Part shown: piece by piece, positions 46,003 to 57,194 of the stretch
Layout: every line of letters starts with the position of its first letter
How positions within the stretch are numbered: the first letter of the stretch is position 1
From: Anolis carolinensis
Lineage: Eukaryota
Assembly: GCF_035594765.1 (NCBI RefSeq)
Contig: NC_085843.1
Coordinates: 234,151,971 to 234,215,970, forward strand
Reading direction: 5' to 3'
DNA: 64,000 nt
Translations under genes and position numbers: made by a program
The notes under the pieces: generated by a model
Seen by the model: only the letters and a program-made list of their open reading frames with translations
Told to the model about the DNA's origin: nothing
The model's database searches: none

Positions 46003-46400
46003 TGCTAGAGAAAGTGATCCAGTTACAGCCATTATAAGAACAGATTTAATTTAGTTGGTAGTTCTTGTTCATGTTTTTACAGTATATACATAGGGTCTCA
46101 TTCACTTTGATTCATTCAATTCAATTCATGCTCAGTAACCTTGAATGCTTTAGGGTTGCTTGTTGGATTTATTATTAATGTTTTAAAACTGAAAGGTTAC
46201 TTTGCTAGAGAAAGTGACCCAGTGTTATTTACAGCCCTTATAAGAACAGATTTAATTTAGTTGGTAGTCCTTGTTCATGTTTTTACCGCATATACATAGG
46301 GTTCATTCAATTCAATTCATGCTCAGTAACCTTGAGTATTTGTACTTTAGGTTTCCTCATTGAATTTATTAATAATATTTTAAAATTGAAAGGTTCTTTT
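46003..46400. repeat. Two-copy tandem duplication, unit about 200 bp
   Basis: Units start tgctagagaaagtga at 46003 and 46203 and align to gaaaggtt with small indels. Confidence 0.85.
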
Positions 46401-47062
46401 TTGAACTACAATGTCTGTAATTCCCAACAAGCATGAGTGTGTTGTGGGGACTCTGGGAAGTATCGTCCAAAATTATTGGGAAAACCAGGAATCTCCAAAA
46501 TCTTTTGGAAGCGTGACCCTTTTGGAGATTAATTGGCATTCACACTATTTGGAATAATCATAACCTTTGGAAAGACCTGGCCTTGTTAGAGATCGTAACC
46601 TTTGTAAAGTATGATCTTCCTGAGAACAGTTAAAAACTTGCTTGAGTTAACCTTCTCCTTAGTGGTAAATATCCACTAGTATTCATGCATAGAGTTAAGG
46701 GAAAATACACACCAATATATGCACACAATATAGTCAGCAATCTCAACTTTATACATAACAAATAACTAGCATGGGAGGATTGTAGAAAGTTGCTATTTCA
46801 ACAAAAATAACATTTCCAAAGCCTCTTAATATTCTTTCTTTCTATTTCAGCTTTAAAAACAAAAGTTTAAATGTCATTCCCAAAGGCTTCTGTTACTTTG
46901 TTTTTATTTTGTTCAATGGCACTTGATCAGATATTTATGACCTATTGTTTTTTAAACTTACAAATGTATATAAACCTGATATGAACATTATAGCTTTTAT
47001 AGCATAGTATTACTCTAGTTACCAGTGTTTTATTGCTACAAATAGAGGTATAAAGGCTCATA

Positions 47063-47443
47063 AAATCATGGAGCTGGAAGAGACTCATGGGCCATTCAGT
47101 CCAATCCCCTGCCAAGAAGCAGAAACATTGCATTCAAAGCACCCCCGACAGATGGCCATCCAGCCTCTGCTTAAAAGCCTCCAAAGAAGGAGCTTCCACC
47201 ACACTCTAGGGCAGAGAGTTCCACTGCTGAACAGCTCTCAAAGTGATGAAGTTCTTCCTAATATTCAGGTGGAATCTCCTTTTCTGTAATTTGAAGCCAT
47301 TGTTTCCTGTCCTAGTCTCCAGGGCAGCAGAAAACAAGCTTGCTCCCTCCTCCCTATGACTTCTCCTCACATATTTATACATGGCTATCACGTCTCCTCT
47401 CAGTCTTCTCTTCTGCAGGCTAAACATGCCCAGCTCTTTAAGC
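47063..47443 (-). mobile_element. CR1 3' fragment
   Basis: [17 protein letters not shown]...RFHLNIRKNF. Confidence 0.9.
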
Positions 47444-48166
47444 CTGATGGGAACCTGAACTCTTGGAAGCTTTGACCTTGCATCCATAAATGTAATTTCT
47501 GGCATTGGAATAATAATTTTTTTTCTTACCTCCTCTAGCATGGAACAAGAGGAATATTGCTTTTTTGTTATTATTATTTAATAAATCCCAAACCTAAGGG
47601 CTAATGTTCGAAATGTTTGAAATGTTCAAAAGTTTACTTTTAGTCCCTAACATTTACTTAGTGTAAATGTTGATCACATTACACTATTTTATCATTTTTC
47701 ATGACATTTTACAGGCGAGTTGTTTCATATAAGACTAAGCCATCTCACTAAATAGTAGGACATATTGGAGACATCTGCAGGGCACATACATGAACAAAAA
47801 AGAAAGAAATGGGAAGGATGGACATGATTATCAGTTAAGATGAGAATAGGAAGCTGCATGAATAAGAATCGGCATGTGTTACAGAAAAGGATCCATGTGG
47901 CTGTTTTTTTTCTTTTTTTCTTTTTTTCGTGTCAGGAGCAACTTGAGTTGCTTCTGGAGTGAGAGAATGTGGCTGGTGGTCTGTAGGCTTGGATCCAACC
48001 TTGATGTTGGCTGTCTTTAGGAAATTTGTTTGGACACTGATGTTTTGAAATTCATGCCCTCTGAATTTCCTAATATTTTCAGACTTCCAAAAATGCTCAA
48101 AATCAGATACTCAATGAAGAAACCCTTTCTCTAGTGAAGTATAGAGCTATATTTCACACTCTAGAA

Positions 48167-48275
48167 CAGGCATGGGCAAACTTCGGCCCTCCAGGTGGTT
48201 TGGATTCCAACTCCCATATTTCCTAACAGCCGGTAGGTCCAAAACATATGCAGGGCTAAAGTTTGCCCTTGCCTG
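48167..48275. mobile_element. hAT (Charlie/URR1-like) MITE
   Basis: TIR CAGGCATGGGCAAAC; TSD ctctagaa/ctctagat, matching the Charlie NTCTAGAN target. Confidence 0.85.
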
Positions 48276-50209
48276 CTCTAGATTGTGGTCACACTTCCGT
48301 GGCCATGTAACTTTCTGATGTCATAGCAGAGGCATCCCTGGAAGAGATGCCTGCACAATTTCTTTCTGAGTTAGTTAAATAAATCCTACCCTGGGTGAAG
48401 CATATAGTTTTATGGCTCCAGAGCAGTAGGAGGGGAAGCTGTAGGCAAGAAAGAGCAAGTAGTTGCTAGGCCAACACATTCAGAAATGTAATAATAACTC
48501 AGAAAGCTGTCATTTGGTCTGAAATGGGTGGAGGTAGTCTTTGCCTCATAACAATGAACTAAAGTTACATTCTATAGAAAGGGTCAGGGTCTAGAGTGGC
48601 TGGATTATCAGCTTGAAAAATAGGATTCATTAGTATCTATATCATGACCCGAAGACATTTTGCTGACCAAAATGAAGAACAAAACGGCATTCCAAGTGTG
48701 GAATCTGAGCAAGCAGGTAGCTTAATATTGTTTTAGTGATGCAGTTAGCGCTTGCATCTTAGACCTTCAGGCTACATGTGAGACCAGCAGGTCAGTTTAA
48801 GGGTTCAAGAAAAGATTATCTATAAGAGAACATGGTTGATCAGGTGAGCTGATCCTTCCTACCATCTTCATTCTGTTTATAAGATCAGTCTTCTCTGTCT
48901 GTTACCACAGCAGCAAATTCTGCGGCTGGATTGCATGGTATCTAAGATATGATACCTATTGGCATTCTAACTTTGGAGCCGGGATCAATCAGCACAACCA
49001 GTTCATACCATATAAACTGAAAGCTTTGTCATTCCGATGGATTGTATTTTTGTACTGCCTGTTCTTGAAGGGGGGGAGTGCCTCTGTAATACAAATGTGC
49101 CTTTGGGGAGAAAATTCCATCCCCCCAAAAACCTTCTGTGGTTTGCCAAACTTCTGAGCAACTACCATGAACATTTCTAATGAAGATACTCCAGTTAACT
49201 TTTGTTAAGCCAATCATTTTCAAATTATAAGAGAGTTGTTTTTGTTGAGTCTCCATCTCCTCTCAACAAGGGATCAATTCCAGTAATACCACGTGGAAAG
49301 CCCTTTTCACTTGCCCTTGCCAAATGACTTAGTTTGGACTACAGGTTCCCAGGAGTCACCTCTGGACATTTGGAAAGTTTTGATTCTATCCTTAATCAAG
49401 CAGAGCTCTCAGCTATTTTTCATCTTCATTACTGTGCCATGCCAAGGCAGATGAATAGCCCCAGCGTGGGGCACAGAAGAACCTTTCTGTGCCAGAAATC
49501 CAGTTTTATTCTTGGATCAGCTGGAGTAGACTGTTTGACCTGGACAAATCACTGCTAAGACCTGTGCCTAAGAATTTCTGTGACGCCACGTTAACCCAGA
49601 GGTGAGAACCTTTATACTTTCAAATGGCGGTAGTACTATTTAAATGCCAGATTGGCAACAAATGGGAATCATGATCAATTTCAGGGAGGAATAAGAAATG
49701 TAGATAGCATACGCAGTTCTGCTGGTGGCTGGTAAGGACAATCTACAGCTCCTTTTGTTGTGCCAGATGTGGAATTGGCATATATGTACTACCAAAGCCA
49801 AAGTATTTCTGTGTAACCTTGGAGCTAGGGGGTTAATACTTCTATGGAACAGACCAAATGCTAGGCAGCTAGGAGGTGATGGAAAGAAAAGATGGGATGT
49901 CAACCTTCACAACAGAGTACAGGCTAGTTAATATAATGACAGATAGAAAGTAGGGTTGTGCTAATTTTGTTCATGGTTAAAAAAAAACGAAGGAATGTAA
50001 AAAAATGACATTTTAATATTGCAGCTTACAGCTGGGAGGTCCTGGAAGTTGTGGTCCAGAAAAGTAAGTTTTCCAAGCTCTGAAAAATAGTTTTTCCGAA
50101 CAGGAGAGACAGTTTGCTGAAAACAAGGCTCTCCTTTGTTGGAGCTTTTTAAATCAAAAGCTGAATTGACATCTGTCAGAAATATGTTTTTTTTTGCCCT
50201 AATAAGGTA

Positions 50210-50488
50210 TTTTTTTTTCTGTGTCAGGAGCAACTTGAGAAACTCCAAGTTGCTTCTGGTGTGAGAAAATTGGCCGTCTGCAAGGACGTTGCCCTGGGGA
50301 CGCCCAAATGTTTTTGTTTTTACCATCCTTGTGGGAAGCTTCTCTCGTGTCCCCTATGGCGCTGGAGCTAATAGGGGAAGCTCATCTGCATTCTCCCCAG
50401 GTTGGATTCCTTTAGGTCAGCAACTCAACGATCAAGTCATCAGTCCTGCCAGCACAAGAGTTTAATCCACTGTGCCACCGGGGGCTCC
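50210..50488 (-). mobile_element. AnolisSINE2-like SINE
   Basis: Aligns to 22368-22638. Confidence 0.8.
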
Positions 50489-50549
50489 GATAGGGTGTTG
50501 AATTAAATCTATGGAGATCCCTTCCAATTCTCAGATTTGAGTAGTGAAG

Positions 50550-51085
50550 CTGATGGTAGTCTACAGCTCTGGTCCAACTTACCTGTCCAAATGTATCTTC
50601 CTCGATAAACCAGTTTGTAGATTAAGATCTTATGGGGTGGTCCTGCTCTCGACCCCACTGGTCTCACAGGTACGGCTGGTGGGGACGAGGGACAGGGCCT
50701 TCTCGGTGGTGGTCCCATGGTTGTGGAACTCCCTCCTGAGTGAGATCAGGTTGGCCCTCTCCCTCCTGACCTTTAGGAGACAGCTAAAGATTTGGCTGTG
50801 GAACCAGGCATTTGGCCCATCATAGGAATATTTAAAGTTAAAGTTTAAGTTGAAAGTGCAGTGACCCAGGACTGTTTACAGACAATGGCTATGTCTTTGT
50901 GTGATATATGATGTTATTTTATGTGATGTGCTTAATAATGTTTAATGTTTTATTAGGGGAGGGTCAATTTTGATGTTTTATATTGTTTTTTCTCTCTCAA
51001 AGGAATTGAATTGTTGCTAACACTGTGAACCGCCCCAAGTCCCCTCAGGGATTGAGAATGGTGGTATATAAATACTGCAAATAAT
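50550..51085 (+). mobile_element. L2-clade LINE 3' end
   Basis: GPTYL...LRS...RAFSVV.P.LWNSL..EIR...FRRQLK.WL peptide plus L2 3' stem-loop tail. Confidence 0.85.
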
Positions 51086-54000
51086 AGTTTATCAGTGGCA
51101 TCAAAGACTGTCTTTTTCTCCTTATAGGTGATAAGGAAACTGTTCTGTTCAGCGTTCTGAGGCTGAGGAATCTTGATTTCCTAAAACTGTTTGATTCAAA
51201 ACCAAGTGCTCAAGATCCATCAAACAGAGGAAGCTTCTGAGAAGAGATGCCTATTATATCATTTCTTCATGTCCCATCATTTTGTTTGGTAGAAGGAAGG
51301 TTTGTGTACATTTATATGGATTGCAACTTCTCTTATAGTTGCGTATGATCTTAAGCAAATATGATTTAAATGTATAGACAGCCATACTGAATATTTTGTG
51401 CCACAGTATGTTACTGCTGGAAACTGAGTGAAGGTCAGGGCTCTTTTGAGATAAACTAAGCCTATGGTCCTCAATTTTTGGTTCTGCAGATGTTTTGGAC
51501 TTCAGCATGGCCAGTAGCTAGTATTTGGAAGCAGATATATCTAAACTATTTACTACTGTATATGATACAAGTTTAAATTATGAGGCTTTTCAAATTGTTC
51601 TTATAAAATTTGTCCCATGTTATCCTAATCCCATACCTCAGTGCCTGCACCAGAATCTAGTTTGGGCACGGCTCTACCCTAAAGATTACATTCCAGAGCA
51701 TTACTTGTATTTTGTAGCTAATTCATCTTCTTAATAAAATTGTGTGAGGAACATAGTTTGCTATCTTTCAAAGTGTGTTTGCAATAGTTCAATTCTTCCA
51801 GTCTCACATGTGGAAGGGCGTAGGTGCATTTGTCTGGAAAATAGTTGATAAGAAGCAGAGCTCAGAAAATTTCCTCTTTTTTTGGGTGGGGGCATTGGTG
51901 GATTAGAACTGGTCAGTGGCCCTACTGCGTATGGGATTCTAGGAACTGCAGTCCAAAAAAGGAACTTTTTTGTTATTCTGAGTAAAGATAACAATTCATC
52001 TACCAAAAAGTGGCCAAAGGAATACTCCAGCAGCTACTTTGTGTACTATTATTGCTGGACCCTCCCTTAAGCCTCAAAATAGAAAGGTTTATCCTTAATA
52101 CTTTTCACTCAAATTTCTCTACTGTCAAAAGGCTAGAAATATGAATAGGGGAAACTGTGGTTCAAGAATTGCACACATCCTGTGACTTGATTATATGTGG
52201 CCTCAGTTTCACCTGCTTTGCCAGATGTTGCTTTTTGGACTGATTCTTTGGGAAGCATTTCCTGTTCTATTTTGTATGCAAGAGAAAAGTGGGCAGTCGG
52301 GTAGATTAACAATGTTGTGGCCTGGAGAGAGAAAAAGATCTCTGAACGTGCCATTTACTTTGTGTGCTGACTCTGCCTACCATCATGTGCACAGTTTCTG
52401 GTTGAATTCTCCTTTGGGTCAGCAGCCATGCATAACATAATGCTGCTGTACTCCTGCTATAGTGTTTCATCCTTGGGCAGATCACTTTAGCTTGTCCATG
52501 TCCATTAACCTTTACACCAATGTGGAACAGACCTTACATGCCTTGCATCTGCCTGGGCATTACAAGACATCAGGTAGAAATCTGTGTTGGAGATTGCATG
52601 AAAATGATTTGTCATACTCTTATGGGAGTCATCTGCCAGTTTGTTTCATCATATGCAGATGGTTGTGACTTCCCTCCATGTAGGTTAATACTGTCTGTTG
52701 TTTGGGGGCCATACACAAACACCAGTACACACTTCTTATCCTGCACTAAGGTCTAAATCAAATTATTCGTTTCAGCTAGAAAAAAACAAGAAATCAACAG
52801 GAATCTGGTAAGTCAACACGTACTCAACAAGTTTCATTGTTAGGATAGTTCTATTCTAGTTGGGACTCACAACTGGTTTTATAGAAATTTAAATTGTGCA
52901 CCTTTGGAGGGGTATAGTATGGTCCTCACCCCCATCAACCCTGTAAAAGTCTTGGCAACCTCCCCCTTTTAGCCTAAAAAGTTTTTTTAAAGTTTTTTTT
53001 TAGTGAAAACACTCCTTGTGGCACTATCTCATGCTGTTTTGCAATGTTGCCATTGAAATAGAAGTTACGTATCCTTACTCTTCCTCATTCTGGTGCCCTC
53101 CAGATCTGACACCCAGTCCCAGTGTCATAGTTCGGCACATCTGGAAGGTATCCAGCTGCAGAAATCTGCTCTTTGCACATGTTTTGTCCTGTTAATTTTT
53201 TAAAAAGTCTTACAAAGCCCAGATATATGTGGTGTTCCATTTATTGCTCTCAGAGTATGGATCGATTTATGAACAAAGTAAACATACCGTAAAGGTCTCA
53301 CCAAACAAGTTTCACTGATACTAACCTACCTGTTGTTTGTAAAACAGATCTGGAGATAGGCCACAGTGCATTTCATAACCTTAAAGTTATTAATTTACTT
53401 CAAAATATTGATTTCCTTCCTTTTTCTATTACTCTAGTTTAAGTAAGCAGCAAATTATTTTGCTGGTGCTGGGTTGCTATCATCAACCCCCATAAAGATG
53501 TCATGTGAGACCTTTTGAGTCTGAAATTACCACAGAAAGCGAGTCATTGGGAGATGATTGCAATCACTATCTGAAAGTTAGTCTTTGAAGTTATATACTT
53601 TGAAAAGGTTCAAATGGTATGCATTTTCTTTATTTGTTACAAATTAAGGATAAGTCAGGAAAATTGTTATTTTAATTGAATCAGCAGCTTGGAGAATGGC
53701 CCACAAGCATTTAAAGGTTTCAAGGAGCTGCAGACATTCTAAGTCCCTGAATATGTGATGATGATCCTGGAAAATATTGAGTAAAGTGTTTTGATTAAAG
53801 ATCTGCAACTTCGCTAAGTTTTGTAGTGAGTTGCAGTCCTTTGGAAAAAAACCCCCATCAATTTCTTTAGCAACTCCCAATAGTCTATCACTGTGTTGGT
53901 AGCTGCTAAGGCTGGAATCAATAGCTCAGATCCTACCTGAGCTCAGGTATATTTGAGTTAACAAAGTCCACTTCCACACAGCCACTTAATCCAGATCAGA

Positions 54001-55639
54001 ATATGGATTAAAGAGATCAGCCCTATTCCTCAGAGTCTCCACAGGTACCACAGGAAGCACAAAAAAGTCACTGTAGAGTCCACAAAACTCCCCTCATGCT
54101 GAATTGATTCAACATAAAGAAAGATTTTTTCTTACCCCATTGGGAGAAATGCACTGAATAGAAGCAGTACCAATTAGTCTGTTAAAGAAGTAATGCCCAG
54201 GAACATATCTGTTTTGTTAATTGAGGTTTATCTGTATTGAAGTTGTAGGGTGTAAACCCCTGTCTGTGGAGTTACCTGATGTTTGTACTGCTCAACCCTT
54301 GTATGGCGTGTGCAACCAAATGTGCCCGATTATCCATATATACCTATACACATGTCCGCCTGCATGTCCATGCACAATGACACTCTATGGCCAATTGTGG
54401 CCAAATCTTGAAATGATATAGACATTTCTAATTGGACAGAAATATCCTACTGCTTCTGTAAGAAAACTTCCATATGGCTAAGTCACCAACAGGGTTCCAG
54501 CCTTTGTTGATTTAACATAGTCATGACCCTATAGTATACACTTTTGAAAGCAGGTGGAGGCCAAAATAACATGAGTACAAACAGTAAATAACACAGTATC
54601 AGTGAACACTGTCATAGCATTAATTACAACCCTCAATGTATAATAGTGAGACTCCTGCATTGCTCATACATAATAGACAGTTATACTCCACTGAACGCTC
54701 ATTAATGGCAAAATTACATTGTAATATAATTTTAATTACGGTATTTGGGTAGCCAAAGTACAGCCAGAAGGCTGCCTATAGCTCACCAGGGCTGTTTTCA
54801 ATGTCCTTGGGCTCAAAAAATATTTCTGGAGGTATATAGGGCATTTTCACCACATTTGGAGCACTATAGACTATTTGAAGTCAAAACAAAAATGTTCCAA
54901 ATGTTTCAAAAACGAGGCTTTTGTCTCAAATTTCCTTCTAGAACATGATCATAGTCTGCAAACGCACTTCAGAGAGGAATTTCAATCCTGTGACAGCATT
55001 CCTCCAAGTAAGTCTTTTGGTAGACCAACAGACAAGTCCAGACAGAGAAAGAAAGGTTGGCATTCCAGTCTCAACAGTCAGATCCTCAGTCCTGTCATCA
55101 GGAAGCAGGCCTTGAGAACCATAGGCTCCCTGAGATACATTTTCAAATTGCATCCCTTGGACGATGGTCAACAACACAGTTGGAAATGAAACAGCTTTTT
55201 ATTTTCTTACACAGGAAGGAAAAACAGGCCCAAGAGAAAAATCCTTGGTAACTCAATAGGCCAGAATTTGCAGTTCTCCTAAGCCCTGAGGGATGCCTGA
55301 TGAGCTAGCTAACATGGATACCAAATCAGGAACCAAAGACTTTACCAGGATGAAGGCAAACAATAGAGACTTTATTCAATATGTGCAAAAGTAACACTTG
55401 TACAGCACGGGTGCTAGAAGGGTACAAATGTAAAAATGTATTCACAAGCAGGCATCTTTATACACAGAAGTTTCCATTCACTGACATTGTCTCATTTTGA
55501 AATCTCCCTCCCTCTTCCCTGATTGGCCAGCTCGGTGAAGCTGGTCGGTGCTGCTGCTGGCCTCAGACTGGCTGGTAAGTAGGTCTATGCTGGTGCTTGC
55601 TAGCTGATTGGCGGGGGCGCTAGTGACATAGCTGGGGAT

Positions 55640-56191
55640 CAGGGCCGGCCGGAGATATTTTTAAATGTTAAGCGGGGGTGCTAAAAAGCGCCCCCGCCAC
55701 CGGCCCCGCCTCCCACGCCCTGGCCCCGCCCAGCGTGCCCTGGCCCCGCCTCCCACGCTGTGTGGGAGGCGGGGCCAGGGCGAATAGTGCGGGGGGCGGG
55801 GCCAGAGTTGGCCCCGCCCCCGCCCAGCGTGCCCTGGCCGCGACCAGGAAGTAAGGCCCGAATGGCCTAGCTGTGCTGTGCGCGTGCGCACAGCACACCT
55901 AGGCCATTTTGCCCTTAGTCAACAAACTAAGGGCAAAAATGGCTTATCTGGCTGTGCGCATGCGCACAGCACAGATAGGCCATTTTTGCCCTTAGTTTGT
56001 TGACTAAGGGCAAAATGGCCTAGCTGCTTGTCGCGGTTTGGCGTGGGCGCGGGGATTGAAGCCCCGCGGGCCCGCGCCAACACCGGAGGCATCGGTGGCG
56101 CTACGGGTCGCTGTCGACGCCTCGACAGCGCCCCTAGCGGCCAGCGCCCGAGGCGGCCGCGTCAGCGGCCGCCTAGTAACAACCGGCCCTG
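55640..56191. mobile_element. Young GC-rich hAT MITE with nested palindromes
   Basis: TIR CAGGGCCGG/CCGGCCCTG; perfect 8-bp TSD CTGGGGAT (55632-55639 / 56192-56199). Confidence 0.9.
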
Positions 56192-56700
56192 CTGGGGATC
56201 TCCTCCCAGCTGGGCAGGGAAGCTTGGAAGCCGCCAATCAGCCAGCGGAGATGGTCTGAGGGAGGGAGGGAGCTCTGGGGGCCATGCTAGCCCCTGGGTG
56301 TGTAGTCCAGGAACGTGGTGAACAAAGGAAAATGCCAAATCTGTTATGACAGGATTATGCAAATGCTTGGTCCTGCTGGATGGCACAATGGGGGTGGTTG
56401 GGTTCTCATGTCCAAAGACAAAGGGAGTGTGTGGAGATGTAGATTTGTAGATGGGACTGCAATCACAGTTTTGGTCTGGACTTTTGTCCTGTGATTGTCC
56501 ATGATCTCCAAGAGGATATTCCAGAGTCATGAACGGATGGCCTCCTGCTGGGATTTGGGCAATCCCTTTGTCCATGGATTATAGCCCATCTCTGGCTGTC
56601 ATCTGGGATGTGGATATGATGTTTGGAAATTGCTCAAGGGAGAGGTTACTGAAGTTCATCATTTCCGGATTCATATACATTTACCTTCCTTTTATAGAGT

Positions 56701-56702
<2 letters not shown>

Positions 56703-56742
<40 letters not shown>
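56703..56742. repeat. (AAT)n microsatellite
   Basis: About 13 perfect units. Confidence 0.95.
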
Positions 56743-56914
56743 GAGAGAATGCAGACCTTGTGTGGTGTCTAGTAAGAGAGGGAGACAGAGAAAGAGCGAG
56801 AGAGAGAGAGAAAAACGGGAAGGGTGGGGAGTCTCACAACTGAAGAGATCATTTGTAGTATTTTGTTATATGTTTAACTTGTCCAATTCTGCACACATTT
56901 GCATGAGAAAGAAA

Positions 56915-56971
56915 ATGATGATGATGATGAAGTAGTAGTAGTAGTAGTAGTAGTACGGTAGTAGTAGTAGT
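56915..56971. repeat. (ATG)n-(GTA)n compound microsatellite
   Basis: Seen directly. Confidence 0.9.
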
Positions 56972-57194
56972 GAAGAGATACATAGCAGCCAGGGAGGGAA
57001 GGAAGAAGATACAAAGTGGCTGGGGCCAGGAAATGGAGGTGCTTTGGCTATTATGTGGCCGTCAGCTGGCGAATCTCTTCCACAGCTGCAGAGGGTCACC
57101 GGCACGGACTGGCCCAAGCTGTGCTGCCGTGCTGTGGGTGTTGGCATGGGTACGTAGGGATCTGGGGGTCCTGATGGGTGGGCTGCTGCGGGAC

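Noticed and set aside
55295-55330. CTGATGA as a hammerhead core
   Set aside because: No stem II followed by GAAA.
55860-56030. Parvovirus/AAV-like terminal hairpin (endogenous viral element)
   Set aside because: It lies inside an element with hAT TIRs and a perfect 8-bp TSD; no Rep or capsid ORF nearby.
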